Of a DNA stretch of 61,122 nucleotides, positions 21,894 through 32,205 are shown piece after piece. Source of the stretch: Candidatus Nanopelagicales bacterium. Its GTDB lineage: Bacteria; Actinomycetota; Actinomycetes; S36-B12. Location of the stretch: assembly GCA_049431945.1 (NCBI GenBank), contig JBMTDJ010000005.1, positions 1 through 61,122 of the forward strand, in the 5' to 3' direction. The position numbers were made by a program, and so were the translations under genes. Numbering within the stretch: position 1 is the first letter of the stretch; each line of letters begins with the position of its first letter. The notes beneath the pieces are model-generated. The model saw only the letters and a program-made list of their open reading frames with translations. It was not told where the DNA came from and did not search any database.

Positions 21894-22699
21894 TGCGTTG
21901 GCTGCGCAAGAACCTCATACCGATCATCGGACTGCTCGTCCTGGTCTATCTCTTCGTTCCTATCGCTGTTGTCGCGATCCTCAGCTTCAACAAGCCGGAC
22001 GGGAAGTTCAACATCTCCTGGAACCAGTTCTCGCTCGATGCGTGGCAGAACATCTGCGGCGTACCCGGCGTCTGTGGATCCTTCGTCACCAGCATCCAGA
22101 TCGGCCTCATCGCGACGCTCGTCGGCACCATCTTCGGAACGATGATCGCCTTCGCCCTGGTGCGCTACCGATTCCGCGGGCGCTCGACGACCAATCTGCT
22201 CATCTTCCTGCCGATGGCCACACCTGAAGTCGTCCTCGGCTCAAGCCTTCTGGCCCTGTTCCTCAACCTGGCCTTCCCCTTGGGCTTTTGGACCGTGACC
22301 ATCGCCCACATCATGTTCATCATCAGCTTCGTCGTGGTGACGGTGAAGGCTCGCCTGCAGGGCATGGACCCCAGGCTCGAGGAGGCGGCGCGCGATCTCT
22401 ACGCCGATCCCACGGCGACCTTCCGCTACGTCACCTTCCCGCTGGTCCTCCCCGGCATTCTCGGTGCGGCGCTCCTCGGATTCAGCCTGTCCTTCGACGA
22501 CTACATCATCAGTGCGTTCAATGCTGGCACGCTTGTGACGTTCCCGATCTACATCTGGGGTGCCGCTCAGCGCGGCATCCCGGTGCAGGTCAACGCTCTG
22601 GCCACCCTCGTGTTCGTCATCGCCCTCGTCACGGTCGTGTCGGTGCAGATCATCGGTGCTCGTCGTCGCCGCAAGATGGAGAGCGCCGTCGGCAGCTGA
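21893..22699 (+). CDS. potC: Polyamine ABC transporter permease (PotC-like)
   Basis: ATG overlaps the upstream TGA; PEVVLG, LEEAARDLYA, SFDDY. Confidence 0.85.
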   Translation: MRWLRKNLIPIIGLLVLVYLFVPIAVVAILSFNKPDGKFNISWNQFSLDAWQNICGVPGVCGSFVTSIQIGLIATLVGTIFGTMIAFALVRYRFRGRSTTNLLIFLPMATPEVVLGSSLLALFLNLAFPLGFWTVTIAHIMFIISFVVVTVKARLQGMDPRLEEAARDLYADPTATFRYVTFPLVLPGILGAALLGFSLSFDDYIISAFNAGTLVTFPIYIWGAAQRGIPVQVNALATLVFVIALVTVVSVQIIGARRRRKMESAVGS

Positions 22700-22705
22700 T
22701 CACCC

Positions 22706-24118
22706 ATGCCCTTCCCTGACGTCGTCACATCCCAAGCACGCGCGGCACTCGCCGACGTGCACTTCGTGCCGTACTGGCTCGACCAGCCCGATCGTCCGGC
22801 CCCGCGTCCGGCGCTGGTCGGTGATATCGAGGCGGATCTCGTCGTGGTCGGTGCCGGGCTCAGCGGCCTGTGGACCGCGTATGAGGCGCGGCGGCGCTTC
22901 CCGGCTTGGCGGGTGGTGCTGCTCGACGGCCAGCGCATCGCCGAGGCAGCCTCGGGGCGCAACGGCGGGTTCGTCGCGGCGTCCTTGACGCACGGCCTGC
23001 CCAATGGCCTGTCGCGTTGGCCCGACGACATGCACGAGCTCGTCCGGCAGGGGCAGGCGAACCTCGATGGGATCGTCGCCGTCATCGAGGCCGAGGGGAT
23101 CGACTGCGACCTGGTGCGCTCGGGGGAGCTCGACGTCGCGGTCGAGGACTACCAGGTGGCCGACCTGCGTGAGATGGTCGATGAGGCCGCCGGCCTGGGT
23201 CTGGACTACGAATTCCTCGACCGAGATGACGTGCGGTCGCTCGTCGATTCGCCGACGTACCGCGCCGGGGTTCTCGATCGCTCGGGGGTGGTCATGGTCG
23301 ATCCGGCGCGACTGTCGTGGGGACTTGCCGCGGCGAGCGAGCGCGCCGGGGTGGAGATCTTCGAGCACACGCGTGTCACCTCGCTGGATCGCGCAGGGGC
23401 GGGCATGCGCGTCACCACGGACTTCGGCTCAGTGCGCGCCCGACGGGTCGCGCTGGCCACCAGCGCGTTCCCGCCGCTGCTCAAGCGTCTGGGCCATTAC
23501 GTCGTGCCGGTCTACGACTCGGTGCTCATGACCGAGCCGCTCACCGCTGACCAGCGAGCCGCAATCGGCTGGCAGGACCGGGTCGGCATCGGCGACGCCG
23601 GCAACCAGTTCCACTACTACCGGATGACCGCAGACGGCCGGATCCTGTGGGGTGGGTACGACGCGTCGTACTACGGCGGCTTCAACCCGATGCACGAGCG
23701 ACAGGGTGCACCCTTCGCTCGCCTCTCCGAGCACTTTCGCTATACGTTCCCGCAACTCGAGGGCTTGCGGTTCACGCATGCGTGGGCCGGTGCGATCGAC
23801 ACGTGCTCCCGCTTCAGCGCGTTCTGGGGTACGGCCTACGACGGGCGGGTGTCGTACAGCCTCGGGTTCACTGGGCTCGGCGTGGGTGCGAGCAGGTTCG
23901 GTGCCCAGGTGATGCTGGACCTGCTGTCCGGCGAGCACACCGAGCGCACGAGCCTGGAGATGGTCCAGAGCAAGCCCATTCCCTTCCCGCCGGAGCCCAT
24001 TCGCGGCCTCGGGATCGGCATCACGCGTCGCGCCATCGACAAGGCCGACCGCAACGAGGGCAGGCGCAACCTGTGGCTGCGCACCCTTGACCGCATCGGC
24101 CTCGGCTTCGACAGCTGA
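22706..24118 (+). CDS. FAD-dependent oxidoreductase (second DAO/PuuB-like enzyme)
   Basis: GAGLSGLW, ASGRNGG, GFTGLGVGASRFGA, C-terminal GLGFDS. Confidence 0.82.
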   Translation: MPFPDVVTSQARAALADVHFVPYWLDQPDRPAPRPALVGDIEADLVVVGAGLSGLWTAYEARRRFPAWRVVLLDGQRIAEAASGRNGGFVAASLTHGLPNGLSRWPDDMHELVRQGQANLDGIVAVIEAEGIDCDLVRSGELDVAVEDYQVADLREMVDEAAGLGLDYEFLDRDDVRSLVDSPTYRAGVLDRSGVVMVDPARLSWGLAAASERAGVEIFEHTRVTSLDRAGAGMRVTTDFGSVRARRVALATSAFPPLLKRLGHYVVPVYDSVLMTEPLTADQRAAIGWQDRVGIGDAGNQFHYYRMTADGRILWGGYDASYYGGFNPMHERQGAPFARLSEHFRYTFPQLEGLRFTHAWAGAIDTCSRFSAFWGTAYDGRVSYSLGFTGLGVGASRFGAQVMLDLLSGEHTERTSLEMVQSKPIPFPPEPIRGLGIGITRRAIDKADRNEGRRNLWLRTLDRIGLGFDS

Positions 24119-24135
24119 CCCCCTAGGGTGGGCTC

Positions 24136-25158
24136 ATGACTCGCTACGGCGGACAGTTCGGGCCGGACCTGACCTTTCTCGGCGTGCCCCGTTGCGATCT
24201 CGACGACCCGGCGACCTACGCCGATGCGGACGTCGTGATCCTGGGCGCTCCCTTTGATGGCGGCACGTCGTTCCGCAGCGGGGCCCGCTTCGGGCCCCAG
24301 GCGCTGCGCATGGCCTGCTATCTCGGTCACGACGGCTCCCGCCCCTCCCTCGCCCTGCGCACCGATGGCCTGCAGGACCTCCGAGTCGTCGACGGTGGCG
24401 ATGTCGAGATGTTCAGTGGCGATGCTGCGCGCTCCTGCGCGGACCTCGAGGTGGTCGTGCAACGGGTCGCCGAGACAGGTGCTGTGCCGCTGGTGCTCGG
24501 CGGCGACCACACCATCACGTGGCCCGACGTCACCGGCGTCGCTCGGGCTCGCGGCTGGGGACGGGTATCGGTGCTGCACTTCGATGCCCATGCCGACACG
24601 GGTGACATCGAGTTCGGCTCCCTCATCGGGCACGGACAGCCCATGCGCAGGCTCATCGAGTCGGGAGCGGCGCGAGGGGACCGCTTTCTCCAGATTGGCC
24701 TGCGCGGCTACTGGCCCCCGCCGGACATCCTTGACTGGATGGCCGAGCAGCGGATGCGCTCCTACGAGATGACCGAGATTGTGACGCGCGGACTCGACGA
24801 CTGTCTCACCGAATCCTTCGAGATCGCGATGGACGACTGCGACGGGGTCTTCCTCTCAGTCGACATCGACGTGGCCGATCCGGGTCACGCCCCCGGCACA
24901 GGCACGCCTGAGCCGGGCGGACTGAGTTCGCGGCAACTTCTCGACGCCGTGCGACGAATCTGCCTCGAACTGCCCGTCGTCGGCATGGACGTCGTTGAGG
25001 TGTCCCCGCCCTACGATCATGCGGACATCACCGCAATGCTCGGCAATCGCGTGATCCTCGAGGCGCTATCGGCGATGGCACGACGCCGCCGGGACGAAGC
25101 GACAGGGGAGTCGTGGGATCCATCGACACCATTGCTTGCCGACCGGGGGGATTTCTGA
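24136..25158 (+). CDS. speB: Agmatinase / guanidinobutyrase (ureohydrolase family)
   Basis: GARFGP, GGDHT, DAHAD, DIDVADP, GTGTPEPGG, EVSPPYD. TAGGGT 6 nt before the ATG. Confidence 0.85.
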   Translation: MTRYGGQFGPDLTFLGVPRCDLDDPATYADADVVILGAPFDGGTSFRSGARFGPQALRMACYLGHDGSRPSLALRTDGLQDLRVVDGGDVEMFSGDAARSCADLEVVVQRVAETGAVPLVLGGDHTITWPDVTGVARARGWGRVSVLHFDAHADTGDIEFGSLIGHGQPMRRLIESGAARGDRFLQIGLRGYWPPPDILDWMAEQRMRSYEMTEIVTRGLDDCLTESFEIAMDDCDGVFLSVDIDVADPGHAPGTGTPEPGGLSSRQLLDAVRRICLELPVVGMDVVEVSPPYDHADITAMLGNRVILEALSAMARRRRDEATGESWDPSTPLLADRGDF

Positions 25159-26369
25159 TGCGCGTCCTAGCGATCGGCTCTGGCGGTGTCGGCACCTCCG
25201 CGGCGCTCATCGCGGCGCGCCGCGACTTCTTCGAGGCGTGGGTGTGTGCCGACTACGACGAGTCGCGGTCTCGCGCGCTCAGTGATCGGGTCGGTGACGC
25301 GAGATTCACCGGCATCGCTCTCGATGCGAGCGATCTGGGCGCGGTCGAGGCAGCCTGTCGTGCTCACGGCATCACGCATGTGCTCAATGTGGTCGATCCG
25401 CGATTCAACATGTCGATCTTTGACGGCGCCTTCGCCGCGGGCGCCCACTATCTCGACACGGCCATGAGCCTGTCGCGCCCGCACCCGGAGCGCCCCCACT
25501 CGGACACCTTCGTCAAACTCGGCGACGAGCAGTTCGACAGGTCAGACGCTTGGGCGGAGCGCGGACTTCTGGCCCTGTGCGGCATCGGCGTCGAGCCGGG
25601 CCTCGCGGACGTCTTCGCCCGCTACGCCGCGGATCACCTCTTCACGGAAATCGACGAGATCGGCATCCGCGATGGCGCGAACCTGCTCGTCGCCGGGTAC
25701 GACTTCGCGCCGAGCTTCTCGATCTGGACCACGATCGAGGAGTGCCTGAACCCGCCGGTGATCTGGGAGCGCGACCGTGGCTGGTTCACCACCGCGCCGT
25801 TCTCTGAGCCCGAGGTCTTCGACTTCCCCGAGGGCATCGGACCCGTCGAGTGCGTCAACGTCGAGCACGAAGAGGTGCTCCTTGTGCCTCGCTGGATCGA
25901 GTGCAAGCGGGTGACGTTCAAGTACGGCCTGGGCGATGAGTTCATCGAGGTCCTCAAGACACTGCACAAGCTTGGCCTCGATCGCACCGAGCCGGTCTCT
26001 GTGCGCGGAGCACAGGTCAGCCCCCGTGACGTCGTGGCTGCATGCCTGCCGGACCCTGCTCAGCTCGGCGACAGGATGAGCGGCAAGACCTGCGCGGGGA
26101 CATGGATCACCGGGACGGGCCCAGATGGTGCACGGCGCGAGGTCTACCTCTTCCACGTGGCCGACAACGAGTGGACGATGCGCGAGTACGGCACCCAGGC
26201 GGTCACCTGGCAGACGGCGATGAATCCGGTGATCGCGCTGGAGTTGCTCGCGGCTGGCACGTGGACGGGGACCGGCGTCCTCGGCCCGGAGGCCTTCGAT
26301 GCGGTGCCGTACCTCGACCTCATGCGTGACGGCTACGGCCAGGAGTGGGGCATGCGCGAGCAGGCGTAG
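25158..26369 (+). CDS. Saccharopine dehydrogenase-like NAD(P)-dependent oxidoreductase (carboxynorspermidine dehydrogenase-like)
   Basis: GSGGVG Rossmann motif, HYLDTA, GVEPG, VEHEEV, GVLGPE; ATG overlaps the speB stop. Confidence 0.8.
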   Translation: MRVLAIGSGGVGTSAALIAARRDFFEAWVCADYDESRSRALSDRVGDARFTGIALDASDLGAVEAACRAHGITHVLNVVDPRFNMSIFDGAFAAGAHYLDTAMSLSRPHPERPHSDTFVKLGDEQFDRSDAWAERGLLALCGIGVEPGLADVFARYAADHLFTEIDEIGIRDGANLLVAGYDFAPSFSIWTTIEECLNPPVIWERDRGWFTTAPFSEPEVFDFPEGIGPVECVNVEHEEVLLVPRWIECKRVTFKYGLGDEFIEVLKTLHKLGLDRTEPVSVRGAQVSPRDVVAACLPDPAQLGDRMSGKTCAGTWITGTGPDGARREVYLFHVADNEWTMREYGTQAVTWQTAMNPVIALELLAAGTWTGTGVLGPEAFDAVPYLDLMRDGYGQEWGMREQA

Positions 26370-26497
26370 GCGGCCTCAGGGCCGACCGTGGGCTCCGGAC
26401 CGTCCGGGCCGGGCACCGGCGTCGGGTAGACTCTCGGCGTCCGGCTGACTGCCGGCGCCCGTCAATCGCAAGAGCGAGCCATCCGTGAGAGGTCGAC

Positions 26498-26815
26498 ATG
26501 TCAGCGTCCGCGCGCCCCGAGGGCATCATCTACCCGCCCATTGACGACCTGCTCGCGAAGTCCGACTCGAAGTACTCCCTGGTGATCTACGCCGCCAAGC
26601 GGGCTCGACAGATCAACGCCTACTACTCCCAGCTCGGCGAGGGACTGCTGGAGTACGTCGGCCCGCTTGTGGAGACCCACGTGCAGGAGAAGCCGCTCTC
26701 GATCGCCATGCGCGAGATCGACGCCGGCCTGCTCACCTCCGAGCCTTTCGACCCCGCGGCCGAGCCCGTTGCCGAAGCGACCGTCGTCGAGGTGGTCGAG
26801 GAGGACCTCACCTGA
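26498..26815 (+). CDS. rpoZ: RNA polymerase omega subunit
   Basis: [25 protein letters not shown]...[11 protein letters not shown]. Confidence 0.97.
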   Translation: MSASARPEGIIYPPIDDLLAKSDSKYSLVIYAAKRARQINAYYSQLGEGLLEYVGPLVETHVQEKPLSIAMREIDAGLLTSEPFDPAAEPVAEATVVEVVEEDLT

Positions 26816-28017
26816 GCGCACGCATCGTCCTTGGCGTCTCCGGGGGCATCGCCGCCTACAAGGCGTGCACCCTGCTGAGGATCCTGCGCGAATCCGGTCA
26901 CGACGTGCGCGTTGTGCCGACGGCTTCCGCACTGCGCTTCGTCGGTGCACCGACATGGGAGGCGCTCTCCGGACACTCGGTGAGCGACTCGGTGTGGGAC
27001 GACGTGCCTGCAGTCCCCCATGTATCGCTGGGTCGCTGGGCCGATGCGGTCATCATCGCGCCTGCAAGTGCCAACGTTCTCGCGCGCGCCGCCGCAGGTA
27101 TGTCCGATGATCTCCTCACCGCCACCCTTCTCACGGCAACGTGCCCGATTCTTATGGCGCCTGCCATGCACACCGAGATGTGGGAGCACCCCGCCACGAG
27201 AGCGAACGTCGCCACCCTGCGCGGCAGGGGCGTGCAGATCATCGAGCCCGCGGTCGGCCGTCTCACCGGCGCCGACACCGGGCCTGGCCGCCTGCCTGAG
27301 CCTGAGGACCTTGCCCGAGCGCTCGAGGCTGCCCTGGAGTCATCGCCCCGCGATCTTGCGGGCAGGCGGCTGCTCGTCTCGGTGGGAGGCACCCGCGAGC
27401 CACTTGATCCCGTGCGGTTCCTGGGCAACCACTCGAGTGGGCGTCAGGGTTTCGCCATCGTCGAGCGGGCGTTGGCTCGGGGCGCTCAGGTGACGGCTGT
27501 CGTCGGCGCGGTCGACGTCCCCGCACCTGCGGGTGCTCGCGTGCTGCCCGTCGTCACGGCGGCGCAGATGCGCGAGGCCATGCTCGCTGAGCAGGCATCG
27601 GCAGATGCGGTCGTGATGGCAGCGGCCGTCGCGGACTTCCGGCCCGATCGTGTCGCCGAAAGCAAGATCAAGAAGTCCGATGACGTGGCTCCCGAGCCGG
27701 TGAATCTTGTGCGCAACCCCGACATCCTCGTCGACCTCGTCGCATCACGACGCCAGCCGCAGGTGATCGTCGGATTCGCGGCCGAGACGGCGACTGATGA
27801 TTCGCAGCTCCTGTCGCTGGCCCGGGCCAAGCTCACGCGCAAGGGCTGCGATCTCCTCGTGGTCAACGACGTTGGAGATGATCGGGTCTTCGGCCGCGAT
27901 GAGACGCGCGTGCAGGTGCTGGCTGCGGACGGGGGAGTGCGGGCCGATGTGCGCGGCCGCAAGGCTGCGGCGGCCGACGCCGTACTCGACGAGATCGTCA
28001 AAATTCTTCCCGCCTAG
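26812..28017 (+). CDS. coaBC: Phosphopantothenoylcysteine decarboxylase/ligase; probable CTG start
   Basis: The conserved [14 protein letters not shown] begins in frame upstream of the first GTG (26905); [33 protein letters not shown]. Confidence 0.93.
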   Translation: MSARIVLGVSGGIAAYKACTLLRILRESGHDVRVVPTASALRFVGAPTWEALSGHSVSDSVWDDVPAVPHVSLGRWADAVIIAPASANVLARAAAGMSDDLLTATLLTATCPILMAPAMHTEMWEHPATRANVATLRGRGVQIIEPAVGRLTGADTGPGRLPEPEDLARALEAALESSPRDLAGRRLLVSVGGTREPLDPVRFLGNHSSGRQGFAIVERALARGAQVTAVVGAVDVPAPAGARVLPVVTAAQMREAMLAEQASADAVVMAAAVADFRPDRVAESKIKKSDDVAPEPVNLVRNPDILVDLVASRRQPQVIVGFAAETATDDSQLLSLARAKLTRKGCDLLVVNDVGDDRVFGRDETRVQVLAADGGVRADVRGRKAAAADAVLDEIVKILPA

Positions 28018-28064
28018 CGCTGTCCCCTCAGGCTGGCCCCTCGTGCGTCGGGTAGGGTCGGCGA

Positions 28065-28175
28065 CGTCAAGAGCGCCAGCATCAAGCCCCGGCTCGCTGG
28101 CCGGCAACCCTCGCGCCGCGGTGGGGTGCCCCGGGTGAGGACTTGGCCCGCTCCGGCGGGCAAGCGCGGGTCGAC
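28065..28175 (+). ncRNA. SAM-IV riboswitch
   Basis: GTCAAGAGCGCCAGC-ATCAAGCCCCGGCTCGCTGGCCGGCAACCCTC...GCGGTGGGGTGCCCCGGGTGAGGAC...GGCAAGCGCGGGTC closely follows the actinobacterial SAM-IV pattern as I recall it; directly upstream of metK. Confidence 0.88.
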
Positions 28176-28200
28176 AGACCCCTGAACGGAAGGCATGCGC

Positions 28201-29397
<1,197 letters not shown>

Positions 29398-29424
29398 TCC
29401 CGGTTGTCCCGGTGTACCCGGGAC

Positions 29425-30663
29425 CTAGGCGCTGGCGCTCTGGGTCGCCTGCTCGACGAGCTGCTCAAGTGTCGTCTCGTCGGGTCGGCCCGTCGCGCAG
29501 CCCACGTCGACGATGACGGGGCGCTTGCCCAGCGCCACACCACTGGTGACCAGGGCTGATTCGATCTTCGCCTGCACGCTCGCGTGATCGGGGGCCGGTT
29601 CGCCGAGGAGTGCGAGGAACGTCTCGCCACCCCAGCGCGCGATCAGGGCGCCTTGCGGCAGGGCGCCCGCGAACGCGCGAGCGGTCGTCGTGAGAACGTC
29701 GCGGCCGTAGGTGAACCCATAGTCGGCGTTGATGCCGTTCATGCCCTCGACTCGACACACCACGACGCCCACCTCGCTGCGGGACTGCTCCGCAGTCTGG
29801 GCGACGGCCGGCGCCAACGCGAGGATGCCGGTGCGTGAGAAGGTGCCCGTGAGGGGGTCGGTGCTCTCGAGCGTTTGGGCGCGTACCCGCTCGACCGCCT
29901 CTCGCGACACCGCGGCCAAGCGTAGGCCGAGCAGGACGAAACTTGCGCCCGCGGCCGTGACGGCAGCGATGGCCCACGACAGCGTGTCCACGCGCGTGAC
30001 GTCCACTCCCGCGAGGACGATCGGCGTCAGGCTCAGCAGCGCCCCGATCACGCCCGCTCGCCACGATAGGGCGATGGGGGCGAGGACGACGAGGGCGATG
30101 ACCGCGTAGGTCAGCACCACCGCGCTGTCCTGGATCGCCGCACGCCAGGAGTTCTCGACGACGAGAAGGGTCATCAGGATCGTCCAGGTCCAGGTCATGA
30201 TGGCGCTCGAGACCCGAGTCCGGGCCATGATCTGGGCGAGGATGATGAGGACCAGGCCGTAGACGGCGGGGAACACCACGATGGGGCCGAGCGTGGCCAG
30301 ATTGAAGAAGGCATTGACCAGTCCGGAGATGATGGCCACGATCCCGGTGAGCGCCAGGGCGAGCGGGATCGTCTGCCGGGCGACTGATGCGCGCAACTGC
30401 TCTCGCGCGTCGGCCGTGCGATCGTGGTGCTCAGAGAGACGTCGAGACATGACGTGGTCCTCCGTGTCGTGGATGCGGAGCACGGCGCGCACCTGGTCCG
30501 GGTGCATCGGGGTCGGCCAGGGCATGAACTTGGCCAGTGTGAGACCGAGGTAGATCACCGTGTTGAGGCCGACGAAGAGCGCGAACCCGCCGAACCAGGG
30601 TGAAGCAAGGATCGACTCCGGCAGCACGATGCCTGCCTGAAGTTGGGGGACGACGCCGATCAC
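29425..30663 (-). CDS. Multi-TM membrane protein with a C-terminal degenerate GGDEF domain
   Basis: GTG 30663 overlaps the GT2 stop; TDPLTGTFSR, INADYGFTYGRDVL, RWGGETF in place of GG(D/E)EF. Confidence 0.78.
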   Translation of the reverse strand: MIGVVPQLQAGIVLPESILASPWFGGFALFVGLNTVIYLGLTLAKFMPWPTPMHPDQVRAVLRIHDTEDHVMSRRLSEHHDRTADAREQLRASVARQTIPLALALTGIVAIISGLVNAFFNLATLGPIVVFPAVYGLVLIILAQIMARTRVSSAIMTWTWTILMTLLVVENSWRAAIQDSAVVLTYAVIALVVLAPIALSWRAGVIGALLSLTPIVLAGVDVTRVDTLSWAIAAVTAAGASFVLLGLRLAAVSREAVERVRAQTLESTDPLTGTFSRTGILALAPAVAQTAEQSRSEVGVVVCRVEGMNGINADYGFTYGRDVLTTTARAFAGALPQGALIARWGGETFLALLGEPAPDHASVQAKIESALVTSGVALGKRPVIVDVGCATGRPDETTLEQLVEQATQSASA

Positions 30664-32105
30664 CGGGCACCTGCCCCGTGCTCGACGTGTCCCCACTGTG
30701 CCTCGCGGCCGGTGCTGATGCGCCACAGCGAGTTGATGAAGACCACCTGGAGGAACACGTCATAGGCGAGTTCGGGGAGGAGTGCGGCCGCGAGCAGTCG
30801 AGCTCGCCAGCCGCCTCGCCAGACGGTGATAACGCGTTCGGCAAGGAATACCGCTCCGATCGTCGTCCAGAAGGGAAACCAGATCCACGTGTCCAGCGCC
30901 AGGAAGGTGATCAGTATCAGTACGAGCGCGCAGTTCAGTGCGACGGTGCCGTAGCCGATGCCGATCTGCTGGCCCCAGTACCTCACCGTCGCGCCTGTGA
31001 CGCCGTAAGCGGAGAGGTTCTCGAGCGCTCCGCGCTGCCAGCGCTGGCGTTGGGTCCACAGATTGCGCCAGGTCGGCATGATCTCGGTGACGACGTAGCA
31101 CTCCTGGGGCGACACCATCGTCGCGCCGAGGGACTTCAGGGCGAGTGTGAGTTCGTTGTCCTCCGTGAGAGCGGCCGTGTCGTAGACCTTGCCGGGCTCG
31201 CCGGGGATGTAGACGCCCCGGGCCGCGGCGACATCGAGGAGTGCCTCGGCGCGGAACATCGTCGCCGTGCCCGTGAGGACGAAGACTCGGCCGCGCCGTT
31301 GGCGGATCTGCACGCTGTAGCGGGTGTACTCGTTGCGCTGGAACTGCCCGAGGATCCCGCCGCCGCCCTCGCCGTAGAACAGCCCGCCCACGGCGGCGAG
31401 CTCCGGATCGGCTTCGAGGCGCCCGGCGGCTGCCTCGATGAACTCCGGTCCCAGGCTGGTGTCGGCATCCATGACGAGGACCACATCCCGCGGTCCTGTC
31501 GTCGGGAGGAGCGCGGTGAGCACCTGGTTGAGCGCGCCGCCCTTCTTGTGCCGGTTATCGACGGTCTCGAATGCCTCGTAGCCCATCTCGCGCGCGATCA
31601 GGGGGGTGCGGTCGGTGCAGTTGTCGGCGACGACAATGACGCGATCAGGCTTGCGTGTCTGCGCAGCGAGCGCGCCGAGAGTGATCGGGAGCGCCTGCTC
31701 CTCGTTGTGTGCAGGCACGAGCACGGTGATCCGCACTTGTTCACCGGGACGGATGTCCACGGATCGACCTCCGCGCAGGGCTTCGAGGTAGCGCCGCCTC
31801 GGGCTGATGGTCATGAATGTCGTGATCGCCTCGAGCGACAGCGCGACAACCGCAACGATTGCCATCCCCAGCACGGCGATGATCAGCAGTTCAGCCGGCG
31901 GACGTTCGTCGGAAATCAGGAGGCTCCATGAGCCGACGAATATCTCGCGCACCGGGCTCGGCGCACGATCGGCCTCGAGGGAGGCGCTCAGGAAGGCTGC
32001 AGCGAAGGCCACGAGCGCGACGCAGGTGATCACGATGACGACAATGAGGCGGCTGTAGAGCGGCGACTCGGGGACGGTGGGGGGCTTCGGCAGTGGCGTG
32101 GTCAC
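30660..32105 (-). CDS. Processive family 2 glycosyltransferase (PgaC/IcaA-like polysaccharide synthase)
   Basis: VPAHNEE, ADNCTD, KKGGALN, DADT, TED, QRQRW motifs with flanking TM helices; start codon uncertain (GTG 32105 chosen). Confidence 0.82.
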   Translation of the reverse strand: MTTPLPKPPTVPESPLYSRLIVVIVITCVALVAFAAAFLSASLEADRAPSPVREIFVGSWSLLISDERPPAELLIIAVLGMAIVAVVALSLEAITTFMTISPRRRYLEALRGGRSVDIRPGEQVRITVLVPAHNEEQALPITLGALAAQTRKPDRVIVVADNCTDRTPLIAREMGYEAFETVDNRHKKGGALNQVLTALLPTTGPRDVVLVMDADTSLGPEFIEAAAGRLEADPELAAVGGLFYGEGGGGILGQFQRNEYTRYSVQIRQRRGRVFVLTGTATMFRAEALLDVAAARGVYIPGEPGKVYDTAALTEDNELTLALKSLGATMVSPQECYVVTEIMPTWRNLWTQRQRWQRGALENLSAYGVTGATVRYWGQQIGIGYGTVALNCALVLILITFLALDTWIWFPFWTTIGAVFLAERVITVWRGGWRARLLAAALLPELAYDVFLQVVFINSLWRISTGREAQWGHVEHGAGAR

Positions 32106-32205
32106 GAAGGGTCGTTGGCCCCCCGGTGGATCAGGCCGTGCGTCGTCCACGCCCCCATCCTGGCAGTGTCGGTGGGGCGTCGCACCCACCTGGCACGATC
32201 ACCCC

